A stretch of DNA of 64,000 nt from Octopus vulgaris (taxonomy: Eukaryota): NCBI GenBank assembly GCA_951406725.2, contig OX597837.1:34782001-34846000 (forward strand). The letters are read 5' to 3'. Below the pieces are notes generated by a model. The model was not told the DNA's origin. It made no database searches and saw only the letters and a program-made list of their open reading frames with translations. This document shows positions 25,976 to 39,580 of this stretch, in pieces. A program made the position numbers and the translations under genes. Numbering within the stretch: position 1 is the first letter of the stretch; each line of letters begins with the position of its first letter.

Positions 25976-27064
25976 TATTGATAACAAGAACTTCTCATAT
26001 TTGTTACAGGATCACAGATCTGCAAAAGTGGTAGAGCATGAAGCCAATTTGATTGATTAAATCCCAGCATATAGCTGGTATTTATTTCATTTCATTGGAT
26101 GAGATGAAATACAAAGGTAACCCTAGCAAGATTTGAACTCAGATTCTAGACTAACAAAAACAAAACAAGATAAAACACCACCTTCTGGCAAAGATTTATT
26201 TATTCCAGTGTGGTCCCGTTTCTGTTACTACTACTACTACTACTACTACTACTGAGACTACTACTACTACTTTTTGATTATCTACTGGTCTTTACATTGG
26301 AAATAGCTACAGCATCAATAATACCAACACTGGCATTACCATGACGACCACTACTGATGATGATCATGATGGTAATAATGACAATAATGAAAAATATGAC
26401 GGTAATACTAATGGTGAGCGATGATAGTAATGATAAAGATAATACTAGTGATCATGGCGATAATAATGATGACAATCGTAATGACAATAACGACAATGAT
26501 GATGACAACAATGATACTGATGATGATGATGAAAATGAAAATGATGGAGTTGATGTGAATGATGATGATGATTATGACAATGCCATCATCATCATCATCA
26601 TCATCATCATCATAACAATGCTGGTGGTGATAACGATGATGACAAGTGCTATTGATGGTGATGATGATGATGATAATGATAGTAAGTAGGGCAATAATTT
26701 GATTTGCTTTTTTTTTGTTTTGTTTTTTTTTTCTTTTTTTTTTTTTGATAAAAATATTTTCTGAAGAAGACAAGTAAAAAATGAAACGGAGCCGAAGAGA
26801 GCGGAAATTAAATTTGATAAGAACAAATATTACAATAGAAGATTACACAAATTAAGTGAGATTAATTAGCAGGAATTAAATAACGTCTTGGAATTAGGGT
26901 TTGGAGAAAAAGGAAACAGAAAGAACATCTTTCTTGCCCACCTTCACCCCCACCCACCCTCCCTCCACAATAAAAGATAAAAAAAGACAGAGTAAAACTA
27001 GTCGATTTATTGATGATGATGACGATGATGATGATGATGATGATGATGACTAATAATAATAATA

Positions 27065-27231
27065 ATTGGTTCTAATTTAGGAACAAGGCCAGCAATTTTG
27101 AGGGGTAGGGGGGTTAGTCAGTTAATTTGGACTCCCTGGTACTTGACTGATACTTTATCTTACTGACCTTCAAAGGATGAAAGGTAAAGTGCACCTCAAC
27201 AAGATTTGAATTCAGAATGAAGAAAGTTGTA

Positions 27232-27270
<39 letters not shown>

Positions 27271-27845
27271 CATCATCATCGTTTAACGTCCGTTTTCCGT
27301 GCTAGCACGGGTTGGACGGTTCAACCGGGGTCTGGGAAGCCAGGAGGCTGCGCCAGGCTCCAGTCTGATCTGGCAGAGTTTCTACAGCTGGATACCCTTC
27401 CTAACGCCAACCACTCCGCGAGTGTAGTGGGTGCTTTTTACGTGCCACCTGCACTGGTGCCAGGCGAGGCTGGCAACGGCCACGGTCGGATTGGTGTATT
27501 TTATGTGCCACCAGCACGGAAGCCAGTCGAGGCGGCGCTGGCATCGGCCACGAGTCGGATAGTGCTTTTTACGTACCACCAGACCAGGGATCCTGGCTGG
27601 TTCAATTCGATTTCGCTAGCCAGGATCCCATCCTTTCTACTATAGGCACAAGGCCTGAAATTTGTGGGGAGGGGACTAGTTGATTACATCGACCTCAGTG
27701 TTTCACTGGCACTTAATTTAACGACCCTGAAAGGATGAAAAGCCAAGTCGACATTGAAGAATTGGAACTCTGAATGTGGCAATGGACGAAATACTGCTAA
27801 GCATTTCATCCTTCGTGCTAATGATTCTGCCAGCTTGCCACCTTA
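27065..27845 (-). mobile_element. D2 (27065-27215), family E (27272-27620) and D2 (27630-27845)
   Basis: Family E sits between the D2 tail and its (AAT)n tract. Confidence 0.75.
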
Positions 27846-28352
27846 ATGATAATAATAAAAAGGAGAAAGAGACAGACAAAAACAAAAACACTAACCACAG
27901 TACCATTCTCTTACTAGGTACTGTCTCTCTATCCCCCGATTCATGCTATGTTTCCTCATTTTAGCACCACCATGCATATTTATCCTATATTTGCCGGGGT
28001 ACCCTCAACCTGTTGTTCAAGTACCCTAAACTTTACCTTCCATTTATTTTCATGTACCCTTCCATCAGACCTTTGCTTCTCAAACAGTCAACATCTGGTC
28101 CAACATATGTTGCCCAAGATAAAGGTCCCTCTCCTACTCCAGCAGAGAAAGGGAAGTACTCTGTCTTACATCATGTTTAAACTGGAACCCTAATAAGGAC
28201 CAGCCCCATTAACATATTAAGAATGAATATGTATTCATAACATGAAAGTTGCTCTTCCCTGATTCGCAGTCCAGTGGTTATTGGTGGAAGGTTATGGAGC
28301 AGTAAAATAAGTAAATAAATAAAGAAAGAAATTAATAATTGCTCCACCAATT

Positions 28353-28495
28353 ACATGAGGAGGTGCTAAAAAGTCCCTGGCTTTAAGGGTCTCACGAAGG
28401 GCCTGGTAGCAGGCCCAACCTTCCAAGTTCTTTTACAAGGCTTAGAAAAACTGAAGGACTGCTGCAATAAGTGTGTGAATCTGAGAGGAGAATAT
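28353..28495 (+). mobile_element. Mariner deletion derivative (second type), right part displaced by family E
   Basis: TIR-like gaggaggtgctaaaaagtccctgg; 28439-28495 encodes GLEKLKDCCNKCVNLRGEY, a mariner C-terminus. Confidence 0.7.
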
Positions 28496-28790
28496 CATCA
28501 TCATCATTTAACGTCTGCTTTCCATGCTGGCATGGGTTGGAGGCTTTGACTGAGGACTGGCAAGCCAGAAGGCTGCACCAGGTTCCATCTGATCTGGCAA
28601 GGTTTCCTAATGCCAACCACTCCAAGAGTGTAGTGGGTGCTTTTTACATGCCACTGGCACAAAGGCCAATCAGGTCGTACTGGCATCGACCATGCTTGAA
28701 TGGTGCTTTTTACGTGCCACCAGCATGGGAGCTAGTTAGGTGGCACTGGCAACAACCATGCTCAAATGGTGCTTTTTACATGCCACCAAA
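28496..28790 (-). mobile_element. Family E fragment
   Basis: (CAT)n tail and three GGTGCTTTTTAC(A/G)TGCCAC repeats. Confidence 0.75.
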
Positions 28791-29002
28791 CTTATCCTCC
28801 TGTATTTTCTTATACCCAAGACCAAGAACTTTTATGCAGCCCCTTGTAAGAATACTAGAACATCAGCTGCCATGTCACTTGTCTCTATAGTGGCCACTAC
28901 CTCTGAATAAATCTAGAATCCATGAGCTTGCTGCACAACTGGTCTACATTTGATATATGAACAGTAAAAAAAAAAGCCATCAGTAAAATAAAAAAACCCT
29001 AA

Positions 29003-30485
29003 ACAAAACATTAATCAATTGCAAATATTTTATTTTTATTTTCTAGAGTAAACAGGGGAAATAACAACTGTCCTGTTCTAGTCTTAATCCAACCTCTTTA
29101 GCAAAACATTAATCAATCGCAAATATTTTATTTTTATCTTCTAGAGGAAACAAGGGAAATAACAACTGTCCTGTTCTAGTCTTAATCCAACCTCTTTAGC
29201 AAAACATTAATCAATCGCAAATATTTTATTTTTATCTTCTAGAGGAAACAGGGGACATAACAACTGTCCTGTTCTAGTCTTAATCCAACCTCTTTAGCAA
29301 AACATTAATCAATCGCAAATATTTTATTTTTATCTTCTAGAGGAAACAAGGGAAATAACAACTGTCCTGTTCTAGTCTTAATCCAACCTCTTTAGCAAAA
29401 CATTAATCAATCGCAAATATTTTATTTTTATCTTCTAGAGGAAACAAGGGAAATAACAACTGTCCTGTTCTAGTCTTAATCCAACCTCTTTAGCAAAACA
29501 TTAATCAATCGCAAATATTTTATTTTTATCTTCTAGAGGAAACAAGGGAAATAACAACTGTCCTGTTCTAGTCTTAATCCAACCTCTTTAGCAAAACATT
29601 AATCAATCGCAAATATTTTATTTTTATCTTCTAGAGGAAACAAGGGAAATAACAACTGTCCTGTTCTAGTCTTAATCCAACCTCTTTAGCAAAACATTAA
29701 TCAATCGCAAATATTTTATTTTTATCTTCTAGAGGAAACAAGGGAAATAACAACTGTCCTGTTCTAGTCTTAATCCAACCTCTTTAGCAAAACATTAATC
29801 AATCGCAAATATTTTATTTTTATCTTCTAGAGGAAACAAGGGAAATAACAACTGTCCTGTTCTAGTCTTAATCCAACCTCTTTAGCAAAACATTAATCAA
29901 TCGCAAATATTTTATTTTTATCTTCTAGAGGAAACAAGGGAAATAACAACTGTCCTGTTCTAGTCTTAATCCAACCTCTTTAGCAAAACATTAATCAATC
30001 GCAAATATTTTATTTTTATCTTCTAGAGGAAACAAGGGAAATAACAACTGTCCTGTTCTAGTCTTAATCCAACCTCTTTAGCAAAACATTAATCAATCGC
30101 AAATATTTTATTTTTATCTTCTAGAGGAAACAAGGGAAATAACAACTGTCCTGTTCTAGTCTTAATCCAACCTCTTTAGCAAAACATTAATCAATCGCAA
30201 ATATTTTATTTTTATCTTCTAGAGGAAACAGGGGAAATAACAACTGTCCTGTTCTAGTCTTAATCCAACCTCTTTAGCAAAACATTAATCAATCGCAAAT
30301 ATTTTATTTTTATCTTCTAGAGGAAACAGGGGAAATAACAACTGTCCTGTTCTAGTCTTAATCCAACCTCTTTAGCAAAACATTAATCAATCGCAAATAT
30401 TTTATTTTTATCTTCTAGAGGAAACAGGGGAAATAACAATTGTCCTGTTCTAGTCTTAATCCAACCTCTTTAGCAAAGCATTAAC
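29003..30485. repeat. Tandem satellite, 98-bp unit x15, near-identical
   Basis: gcaaaacatt recurs at 29101, 29199, 29297 ... 30081; final partial unit starts at 30473; no spacers. Confidence 0.97.
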
Positions 30486-31039
30486 CTCCATTCTACATCT
30501 TGTTACAGCAACGTTGAATGAATAAATAAATAAATATACAAAAGGCAGTATATTTATTGACTAAGTAAAAGTAGAACAGCTTAGAGATTATGGCTAATGT
30601 TGTCTCACAGATTAAGATTTGAAGGAATCCTGACGCCAACAGCTAGCATAGATTTCATTTGTCGATACAGATTTGATGTTTATTTTTGAATCAGGTGTTT
30701 CTGCGGATTAAAATATGCAACATATGTTGTCATCATGAAAAGTCATGAATTTGCTTAAAAGGACAAGAGACTATCACAACAGATCTATCAAACATGATGC
30801 CAGTAAGCAGGACTGACTCGGATTTAATTATCTAACAAGTATGACCAACTGACTTAACCAAGAAATACAAGCAGGTTTCTCTTTGGTTAAGGTTTTATCT
30901 GAAGATTAATTTATAAGTCGAGAATTGCGTTTCACAAGCCAGGAGGAAGAGAAAAAGATTTGCGGCCTTAAAAATGGATTTGGTATAAAGAAACTGAAAG
31001 GAGCTCAATGTATGTGCGTGCATATAGACATGGGCACGA

Positions 31040-31460
31040 CAGGTGCAAGCATGGTAGTGTGGCTTCCCAACCACATGGTTTCAGGTTCAATCTTATTGTG
31101 TGACAGCATAGGCAAACATCTTCCACTATAACCCCAGGCAGATCAAAACCTGGTAAGGCTGTGTGGTTAAGAAGTGTGATTCCCAACCACATGGTTCAGG
31201 GTTCAGTACCATTGCATGGCACCTAGGGCAAGTGTCTTTTACTATAATCTCAGCTTGACCAGAGCCTTTCAAGTGGATTCGGTGACTGGAAACTGAGCCA
31301 ATCCTGTCGTATATGTAACTTTACTTTTAGTCTTCCGTGGAAAATATGTCTAGCAATGGGAGAATATTACCTTACTTGGAAACAGGTTAAGTTTGGTGAC
31401 AGGAAGGACATCTGGCTGTAGAAAATCTACCTCAATAAACTCTGTTTGATCCATGCAAGC
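31040..31460 (+). mobile_element. Two tandem A/B-type SINE heads followed by a family B 3' half
   Basis: cccaaccacatggtt at about 31066 and 31182; B tail to about 31460. Confidence 0.65.
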
Positions 31461-31585
31461 ACTTATCTATGCTTGCTTGGGTCAGATAGAATTATGATGA
31501 TGTAATAACAAAATCTTACATGCAAAACAGATATTGAATATTCAATGATGAGTATCTTAATAGATTGGTAGATGAGACCCTAGAA

Positions 31586-31892
31586 CACTGGGTCTCAACC
31601 ATTTTTGGCCTGTGGACCCCCTAAGATTCTTATTTTACTTAGGTGGATCCTCATAGCTATTCACTATTTAAAAAAACCCTACTATATTTTTATAATTAAA
31701 TATTATTAGGAACTGCATAAATTTTTTTTTTTTATATTTTATGTATTGTAGAAGAATCTACTATAATAATACTCTAGTGATTTTCTCCATCACAACATAT
31801 AAATGAGAAAGGAAGGGGTGATGGCAAACTGATGGGATGGTGAACATTCAATGCTGAAAAAAAAAATCAAACAGCATTTCAACTCTGTGTGA

Positions 31893-31928
<36 letters not shown>

Positions 31929-32131
31929 AAGGGAAGTCTATGAATGCATATGAACATTGACAAGTGTATCAATTTGATTTACCATCCATATTTATATATA
32001 AAATACTACAATTAGCCATCATTTTTGACAGCATGGGGCCATCTAGTAACCAATATACTGCACATGAATTTTAACAACAAAATCTTATGTGGATCCCCAA
32101 GGGCCATATGGACCCTGGTTGAGAACCACTG
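31586..32131 (-). mobile_element. hAT (Charlie-like) MITE carrying extra internal sequence
   Basis: TIRs cactgggtctcaacc / ggttgagaaccactg; 8-bp TSD ccctagaa / ccccagaa; homologous to 59521-59769. Confidence 0.8.
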
Positions 32132-33076
32132 CCCCAGAAGAATCCAGGGACATGTTGACCCCAACTGATACAGCAGATGCAACACAAACTGCACATATTG
32201 CACACTATAAAAACCAGATGCACCCCCGCTTTTAAAACAGCTTCATTAAAATTCATAAAACAGATCATAACTTGTGCCACACCTAACCACAAACTCATAA
32301 ATGTGATATATTACAATAACACGAGAACGGGGGGGGGGGGGAAATGTCTCCTTATCAGCATGAAACCACAAACAAAACACATCACAAAACATAATTCAGA
32401 TAATTAATGCAGTATGTGAATTTCAATGTAAACACGAAAGTTGTCAGTTTTATGACACCATTTGTTACAGTGGACACAGAAATATGAGATTTTCTTGTCA
32501 GTTGACCTTGTATATACAACAAGGAGCCATTTGCAATTCATTAAAATGCCATATACAAAACAAAACTGGATAGAAAAGCAATAGTTGACAGCAATACAGT
32601 TTTATATAAAATTTCACACAAAGAAAAAAAAAACAAAACTCTGAATAATTATAACCAGATCATTAGCACACCAGGCAAAAATGCTTAGCGGCACTTTGTC
32701 CCTCTTTACATACTGAATTCAAATGATGCTGAGATCAATTTTTGCCCTTCATAGTTGTGCTTTTAATACAACAGATTTGAAAGAAATGTTCTTCTCGAAT
32801 GAGTGGGGGGGGGGCGGAGAGGGAAAATGAAAAACATACATACATTGATATTAAAGCACACACACACACAAATTTGTCAGAGAGAGAGAAAGAAACAGAG
32901 GGAGAGAAAGTGAGAGAGTAAGAGAGAGGAGGAGAAAGAGAGAGAGAGAGGAGAGAGAGAAAGAGAAAAGGAGAAAGAGAGATAGAGAGGGGGGAGATGC
33001 AGACAGATATAGACACACAGGCAGACAGACAGACGTACAGCTTGATAGACAGGCCAGATTCTCAAACAGATACATA

Positions 33077-33149
33077 CAGCAATCCCTGGACTATCCTATC
33101 GCAGGTGTTATGTTTCAAAACCTCCGGTGATAGGTGAAAACCCCGCAAA
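33077..33149 (+). mobile_element. Tigger/pogo-like MITE left end
   Basis: TA|cagcaatccctggactat...gataggtgaaaaccccgc; recognised from recall only; right end not found. Confidence 0.4.
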
Positions 33150-33547
33150 AAGTAGCTTGCTAACCAACCACATGGTTCCGGGTTCAGTCCCACTGCGTGG
33201 CATCTTGGGCAAGTGTCTTCTGCTATAGCCCCGGGCCGACCAAAGCCTTGTGAGTGGATTTGGTAGACGGAAACTGAAAGAAGCCTGTCGTATATATGTA
33301 TATATATATATATGCATGAGTGTGTTTGTGTGAGTGTGTTTGTCCCCCTAGCATTGCTTGACAACCGATGCTGGTGTGTTCATGTCCCCGTTACTTAGCG
33401 GTTCGGCAAAAGAGACCGATAGAATAAGTTTTGGGCTTACAAAAGAATAAGTCCCTGGGTCGATTTGCTCGACTAAAGGCGGTGCTCCAGCATGGCCGCA
33501 GTCAAATGACTGAAACAAGTAGAAGAGTAAAAGAGAGTAAAGAGAGT
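33150..33547 (+). mobile_element. SINE family A, first ~25 nt missing
   Basis: Near-consensus sequence. Confidence 0.9.
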
Positions 33548-33734
33548 ACTGTATATTTTTTATTGTTATTATTTTTGTAATTTGTATATATTTATTTTAT
33601 TATAAATGCAAAACAACACCATGGAGGAATTGACATAAGCTTAAATAATAAACCATGTTGGATGAACTGCAATATGGCAAGGGATTACTGTACCTTGATG
33701 TTAAATACACATTCAATCACAAATTTCTCAGAGA

Positions 33735-34124
33735 TGATGGAAGCACTCCGTCGGTTATGACGACGAGGGTTCCGGTTGATCCGAATCAACGGAACAGCCT
33801 GCTCGTGAAATTAACGTGTAAGTGGCTGAGCACTCCACAGACACGTGCACCCTTAACGTAGTTCTCGGGGATATTCAGCGTGACACAGAGAGTGACAAGG
33901 CCGGCCCTTTGAAATACAGGTACAACAGAAACAGGAAGTAAGAGTGAGAGAAAGTTGTGGTGAAAGAGTACAGCAGGGATCACCACCATCCCCTGCCGGA
34001 GCCTCGTGGAGCTTTAGGTGTTTTCGCTCAATAAACACTCACAACGCCCGGTCTGGGAATCGAAACCGCGATCCTATGACCGCGAGTCCGCTGCCCTAAC
34101 CACTGGGCCATTGCGCCTCCACTC
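33735..34124 (-). mobile_element. SINE family C, full length, young
   Basis: 11-bp TSD tttctcagaga at 33724 and 34125. Confidence 0.93.
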
Positions 34125-34130
34125 TTTCTC

Positions 34131-34162
<32 letters not shown>

Positions 34163-34653
34163 GGAAGAGTCAGTACTGTTGCACATAGAATTCTTAACAA
34201 GATATTCCGTCTTCCCCTAACCCCCCTCACCTCCACCACCCCCACACACAACCCTCCTTCAGCCACTCCAACCATGGCCGGCCATAACAGTGCTCAGCTG
34301 ATCAGAAACTGTAAAAGGCTAGAGGAGACTATTGCAAAAGTGAAGAAATTTGTTTACACAGAGAAGAACAAAGACAAAAGATTTACCATTTACTGATGAA
34401 CAACGTCATTAAAGAAACAACAAACAACAAACAACAAAAGACAACACCTGCAGCAAAGTAAGGCCAACCACCTTATGATCACCCTCAACACAGTCCCATC
34501 ATGCCTTACCTCTACCGCCCCTTGAAACCCTCCACACAGCTCCACCTCCTTCATCAAATACATTCGTTTGTTGTCCACATTATATTATCGTCAACCCTTT
34601 TGTTCATTTGGAAAGCAAATTAGCACTTTTAGAATAGCTTAAGACTGACTGCA

Positions 34654-34706
<53 letters not shown>

Positions 34707-34994
34707 TTGTGTGTGTGTTTGTGTGTGTGCATGTGTGTTTGTGTGTGTGTATGTGTGTGTGTGTGTGTTGTGTGTGTGTGTGTATGTGTGTGTGTGTAAG
34801 AGAGGCAGGAAGAATGTGCAGTGGGTAAATATATGCATATGTTAGAGTGAGAATGCACAGAGGAGAGAGGGTGGGAGAGAGAGAGAATGAGTGTGTAAAA
34901 GAAGGAAGAAAGAGAGAGAAATATAGCAACATACATATGGAAAGAGGAACTGGAAGATAGATAGGAAGACAGACTAATTAGACAGGTATGTAAG

Positions 34995-35337
34995 TAATAA
35001 TAATAATGATGAAATTATTGTATACAGTGCTCAGGTGCACCACAACTTGTCAGAAAGTGCGTATAAAGCATATGCAGTAATGTACAAATGCCTGGAAAGC
35101 GAACAGTGTATGAGTCAGATACATGCTTGTGTGTGTATGGAGGGGAGAAAATCAGGTGTAGTGTTGGCGAATCTCAGAAAGCATGGAAGTTTTGAAGGAT
35201 GCAGTGCTCTGACAACTAACAACTGATGAAGGCAGTTTGTTCCATACTTCAGCGTGAAAAAATGTTTCCGAAAGTCATGGGAGCTGTGCTGTTTTCTGAC
35301 TTTGTAAACATGTCCACGGGTGTTAGACAGGTGGAGT
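34995..35337 (-). mobile_element. CR1-clade LINE 3' end
   Basis: Minus strand: LSNTRGHVYKVRKQHSSHDFRKHFFT/VWNKLPSSVVSCQSTASFK, the CR1-type TRGH...FF...WNxLP motif; (ATT)n tail. Confidence 0.8.
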
Positions 35338-36028
35338 TTAGTAGATAGCCAGATAGATATGTATACATGCTTGTATATATGTAGTCAGATATGTATGTAA
35401 ATAGTTAGAAAGTGAGAGAGGTCACATCCAAAAGAAAACCATTAAACTGATTGGCAATGGTTCCCTCTTCAATATAACAGGTATAACATTCCTTCTTTAT
35501 AATCTCTTCTCTTATAACAACAATAACAATACCTCTGGCCCTTTGAACAATACCATTCAATCAATTAGCAATGATTCACCAGTCTCCATGTTTCACAGTT
35601 ATAGCACTCCCTGCACCTTTTACCACTACTACAATGGCTTCTGCTCCTCTCAACTAGCAAGCTTTCTGCCCTATCGCCTCCAATAAAGCACTCCCATAGC
35701 ATTAGTTTCCCCTACTCCCATCACACCATGTTTCCCCACTCAGACCCCTACATTGAACTTCTCTTAACCTTGAGATCTTGTTATGGAAGAATCCTGAACA
35801 CCTCCATGTCACAGAAGGTGGACTAACTGATTACAACCCATGCCAGCATGGAAGGCGGACATTAAACAATGATGATGATGAACTGTCAAGGGTGGGGGCA
35901 GTTGACGGTGTTAGTTTGACGTGTTGGTTTGACAGTCGGTACCTGATCAATGCAATACTGAATATCATATCTACTTTTGAGTAGTGCATAGTGCATTCTG
36001 TGCTAACATATATCATTCTGCGATATAT

Positions 36029-36247
36029 CTCTTTTACTCTTTTACTTGTTTCAGTCATTTGACTGCGGCCATGCTGGAGCACCGCCTTTAGTCGAGCAAA
36101 TCGACCCCGGGACTTATTCTTTGTAAGCCCAGTACTTATTCTATCAGTCTCTTTTGCTGAACCGCTAAGAGACAGGGACGTAAACACACCAGCATCGGTT
36201 GTCAAGCAATGCTAGAGGGACAAACACAGACACACAAACATATACAT

Positions 36248-36288
<41 letters not shown>

Positions 36289-36460
36289 CATATATACGAC
36301 AGGCTTCTTTCAGTTTCCGTCTACCAAATCCACTCACAAGGCATTAGTCGGCCCGGGGCTATAGCAGAAGACATTTGCCCAAGATGCCACGCAGTGGGAC
36401 TGAACCCAGAACCATGTGGCTGGTTAGCAAGCTACTTACCACACAGCCATTCCAGCGCCT
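36029..36460 (-). mobile_element. SINE family A, full length
   Basis: Complete match to other copies. Confidence 0.9.
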
Positions 36461-36730
36461 ACAACCAGCTATTTATTTGTGTAATACTATTTTACGCCAG
36501 ACGTGTATACCCATGTCGTAACAGATCTGAAACTCACTGGAATGCCCCTTCTTTACCAATTCTCCATCAGACATTGATCTACAGACTTTGAAGTTAAGTA
36601 TTAGCTACACCCACTTCACGGGTTTTGAAAGGCCAGCAAAGGTCATGGGCTCTTCCCGGCTTCCCCTGACAATCCTATCTTACTGAAAACTGTAGCAAGA
36701 TAGAAAAGGAGATAGGCTGACATATAAAGC

Positions 36731-36803
<73 letters not shown>

Positions 36804-36899
36804 ACAAATAGAAAGGAAGTTAGAGAGTGCAGTGCAGATTAAAACAGAGAGAAAAATAAAGCAAGGTAGAAAGAGAGATAAATGGTTGACTGGTTACTT

Positions 36900-37350
36900 A
36901 AAGAGTGAGATGGTGCATGAGATAGAGTGTGAGGTGGAACATGGGATGGAGTGTGAGAGGGAGCATGATATGGAGTGTGAGAGGAGCACGAGATGGAGTG
37001 TGAGAGGAGCACGAGATGGAGTGTGAGATGGGACATGGGATGGAGTGTGAGAGGGAGCATGATATGGAGTGTGAGATGGGACATGGGATGTAGTGTGAGA
37101 GGAGCACAAGAGTGTGAGATGGGACACAATAAAGAGTGTGAGATGGGACACAATAAAGAGTGTGAGATGGGACACAATAATGAGTGTGAGATGGGACACA
37201 ATAAAGAGTGTGAGATGGGACACAATAATGAGTGTGAGATGGGACACAATAAAGAGTGTGAGATGGGACACAATAATGAGTGTGAGATGGGACATGAGAT
37301 GGAGCATGAGAGGGAGCACGAGATGGAGTGTGAGAGAGGAAACATGAGAT
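36900..37350. repeat. Minisatellite, 24-bp unit GAGTGTGAGATGGGACACAATAAW with degenerate flanking units
   Basis: About 7 clean units at 37110-37280; gives the ECEMGHNK ORF repeat. Confidence 0.9.
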
Positions 37351-37654
37351 GGATTGTGAGGAAGAGTGGAAATATACCATCTTGAACATTTCCCTCACCA
37401 CTGTGAATTTTCTTTCCTTTTTCCCCACTTTATTTTCTTTGTTACTTTCTTATTTTTTCTCCCTTTTTTCTGTCTTTCTTCCCCTTTTTCTCTATCACAT
37501 GACATTGTAAATGAACAATCTGGTGTGTTTATTTTAATGGTCTACCAATGTATACCGTATATTTCTTTGCCCTAGGTGTCAGGAAGACATTCGAGAAGAA
37601 ATGGAAACAGAATTGAAAGAAGATAATGAAAATAATAATAATAATAATAATAAT

Positions 37655-37870
37655 AATCCTTTCTACTCAAGGCACAAGGCATGAAATTTGAGGGGAGGGG
37701 AACTAGTCGATTACACCGACCCCAGTGTTTCACTGGTTCTTAATTTATTGATCGTGAAATGATGAAAGGCAAAGTTGACCTTGGCAAAACTTGAACTTAG
37801 ACTATAAAGATGGACAAAATGCCGTTAAGCATTTTACATTTGTGTGTTAGCAATTCTTCCTGCCTGCTGT
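37655..37870 (-). mobile_element. SINE D2
   Basis: (AAT)n tail, cctttctact...ggcacaaggc, core and head. Confidence 0.7.
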
Positions 37871-37924
37871 TTTAAATAATAATAATAATTTCTAACCTAG
37901 GTACAATAACATACACTTTTTTTT

Positions 37925-38292
37925 TTTTACTTTTTTCAGTCATTTTGACTGCGGCCATGCTGGAGCACCGCCTTTAGTCGATCAAATTGACCTTGAAACT
38001 TATTCTTTGTAAGCCCAGTACTTATTCTATGGGTCTATTTTGACGAACCGCTAAGTAACGGGGACGTAAACACACCAGCATCGGTTGTCAAGCAATGCTA
38101 GGGGGACAAACACAGACACACAAACACACACATACATACATATATATATATATATATACATATATACGACAGGCTTCTTTCAGTTTCCGTCTACCAAATC
38201 CACTGACAAGGCATTGGTCGGCCCGGGGCTATAGCAGAAGACACTTGCCCAAGATGCCATGCAGTGGGACTGAACCCGGAACCATGTGGTTG
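37925..38292 (-). mobile_element. SINE family A, 5'-truncated
   Basis: Match to other copies. Confidence 0.88.
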
Positions 38293-38667
38293 GGGCTACT
38301 GTTGATTAAATCAACCTCAGCAGAACTTGAATGTAACTTATTTTATCAATCCTGAAAAGGCAAGAGTTAAAGTTGACCCGACTGGGATTTGAACTCGCAG
38401 TGTAACGAAATGCAATGAAACACTGCAAGATAAGCAAAGATGTACTAAAATACATATTAAAAACAACAACAACGCCGCCGCCACTGCCACCACCGCCACC
38501 ACCACCACCACGAACTTAACCACTGGTTGTAATGATGAGGGTCACCCACGTTGGTTATCTGTTAAGAATCAATGAATACAGAATGAAACCAAAGAGAGTG
38601 TGTGTATATAGCTTGACCTACTAGAAGTAGCAGCTAGATCTCTCTCAATTCATAGGCTCAATGTGTA

Positions 38668-39094
38668 TACTCTTTACTCTCTTTTATCTTTTACTTGTTT
38701 CAGTCATTTGACTGCGGCCATGCTGGAGCACCGCCTTTAGTTGAGCAAATCAACCCCGGGACTTATTCTTTGTAAGCCCAGTACTTATTCTATCGGTCTC
38801 TTTTGCCGAACCGCTAAGTGACGGGGACATAAACACACCAGCATCAGTTGTCAAGCAATGCTAGGGGGCCCAAAAACACAGACACACAAACACACACATA
38901 CATATATATATATATACATATACATATATACGACAGGCTTCTTTCAGTTTCCGTCTACCAAATCCACTCACAAGGCACTGGTCAGCCCGGGGCTATAGCA
39001 GAAGGCACTTGCCCAAGATGTCACGCAGTGGGACTGAACCCGGAACCATGTGGTTGGTTAGCAAGCTACTTACCACACAGCCACTCCTGCGCCT
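38668..39094 (-). mobile_element. SINE family A, full length, splitting an old family I repeat
   Basis: Complete match; family I halves at about 38608-38650 and 39100-39212. Confidence 0.9.
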
Positions 39095-39536
39095 ATCTGT
39101 ATTAAAAAAAAAAAAAGAATGGAAAAAACCAAGATGGTCATAGCCAAATCATCTTTGATAATAGAAAGAAAAAATGTCAGCTTGATTAGAGTGGACTTTG
39201 TACTAAACAACAAACGGGATTGATTTGGTCAATTATACCAAACTCCCCTGCGGAATTAGCCTTGCTCCTGGCCAAAAACCATTAATCATTATTATACATA
39301 AATATAAATGTACATACATAGATATACATGGTTGTGTTTGTGTGTGTTTGTGTGTGTGTATTGCTTTGCTTTTTATATTTATTTGTTGTATCAAATATGA
39401 CAAATATTGCCTTTTCAGTGGTTCATTTTTCATTTCCAGATCACTTGATGAAGCAGTATTGAATTATGTAGAGAAGAGAGTAGTTTTTATGTGTGTATGT
39501 GTGTGTAGATTGATAGATAGATCTATGCACGCACAC

Positions 39537-39580
<44 letters not shown>

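Noticed and set aside
29151-29165. 12-bp match aagggaaataac between the 98-bp satellite and the Helitron 3' region
   Set aside because: Short, AT-rich and does not extend; likely chance.
29003-30485. CRISPR-like array or tandem micro-exon array
   Set aside because: Units are identical end to end with no unique spacers and no cas genes. Acceptor-like pyrimidine tracts flank TCTAGA on both strands, but there is no good donor and the implied introns are only about 50 nt.
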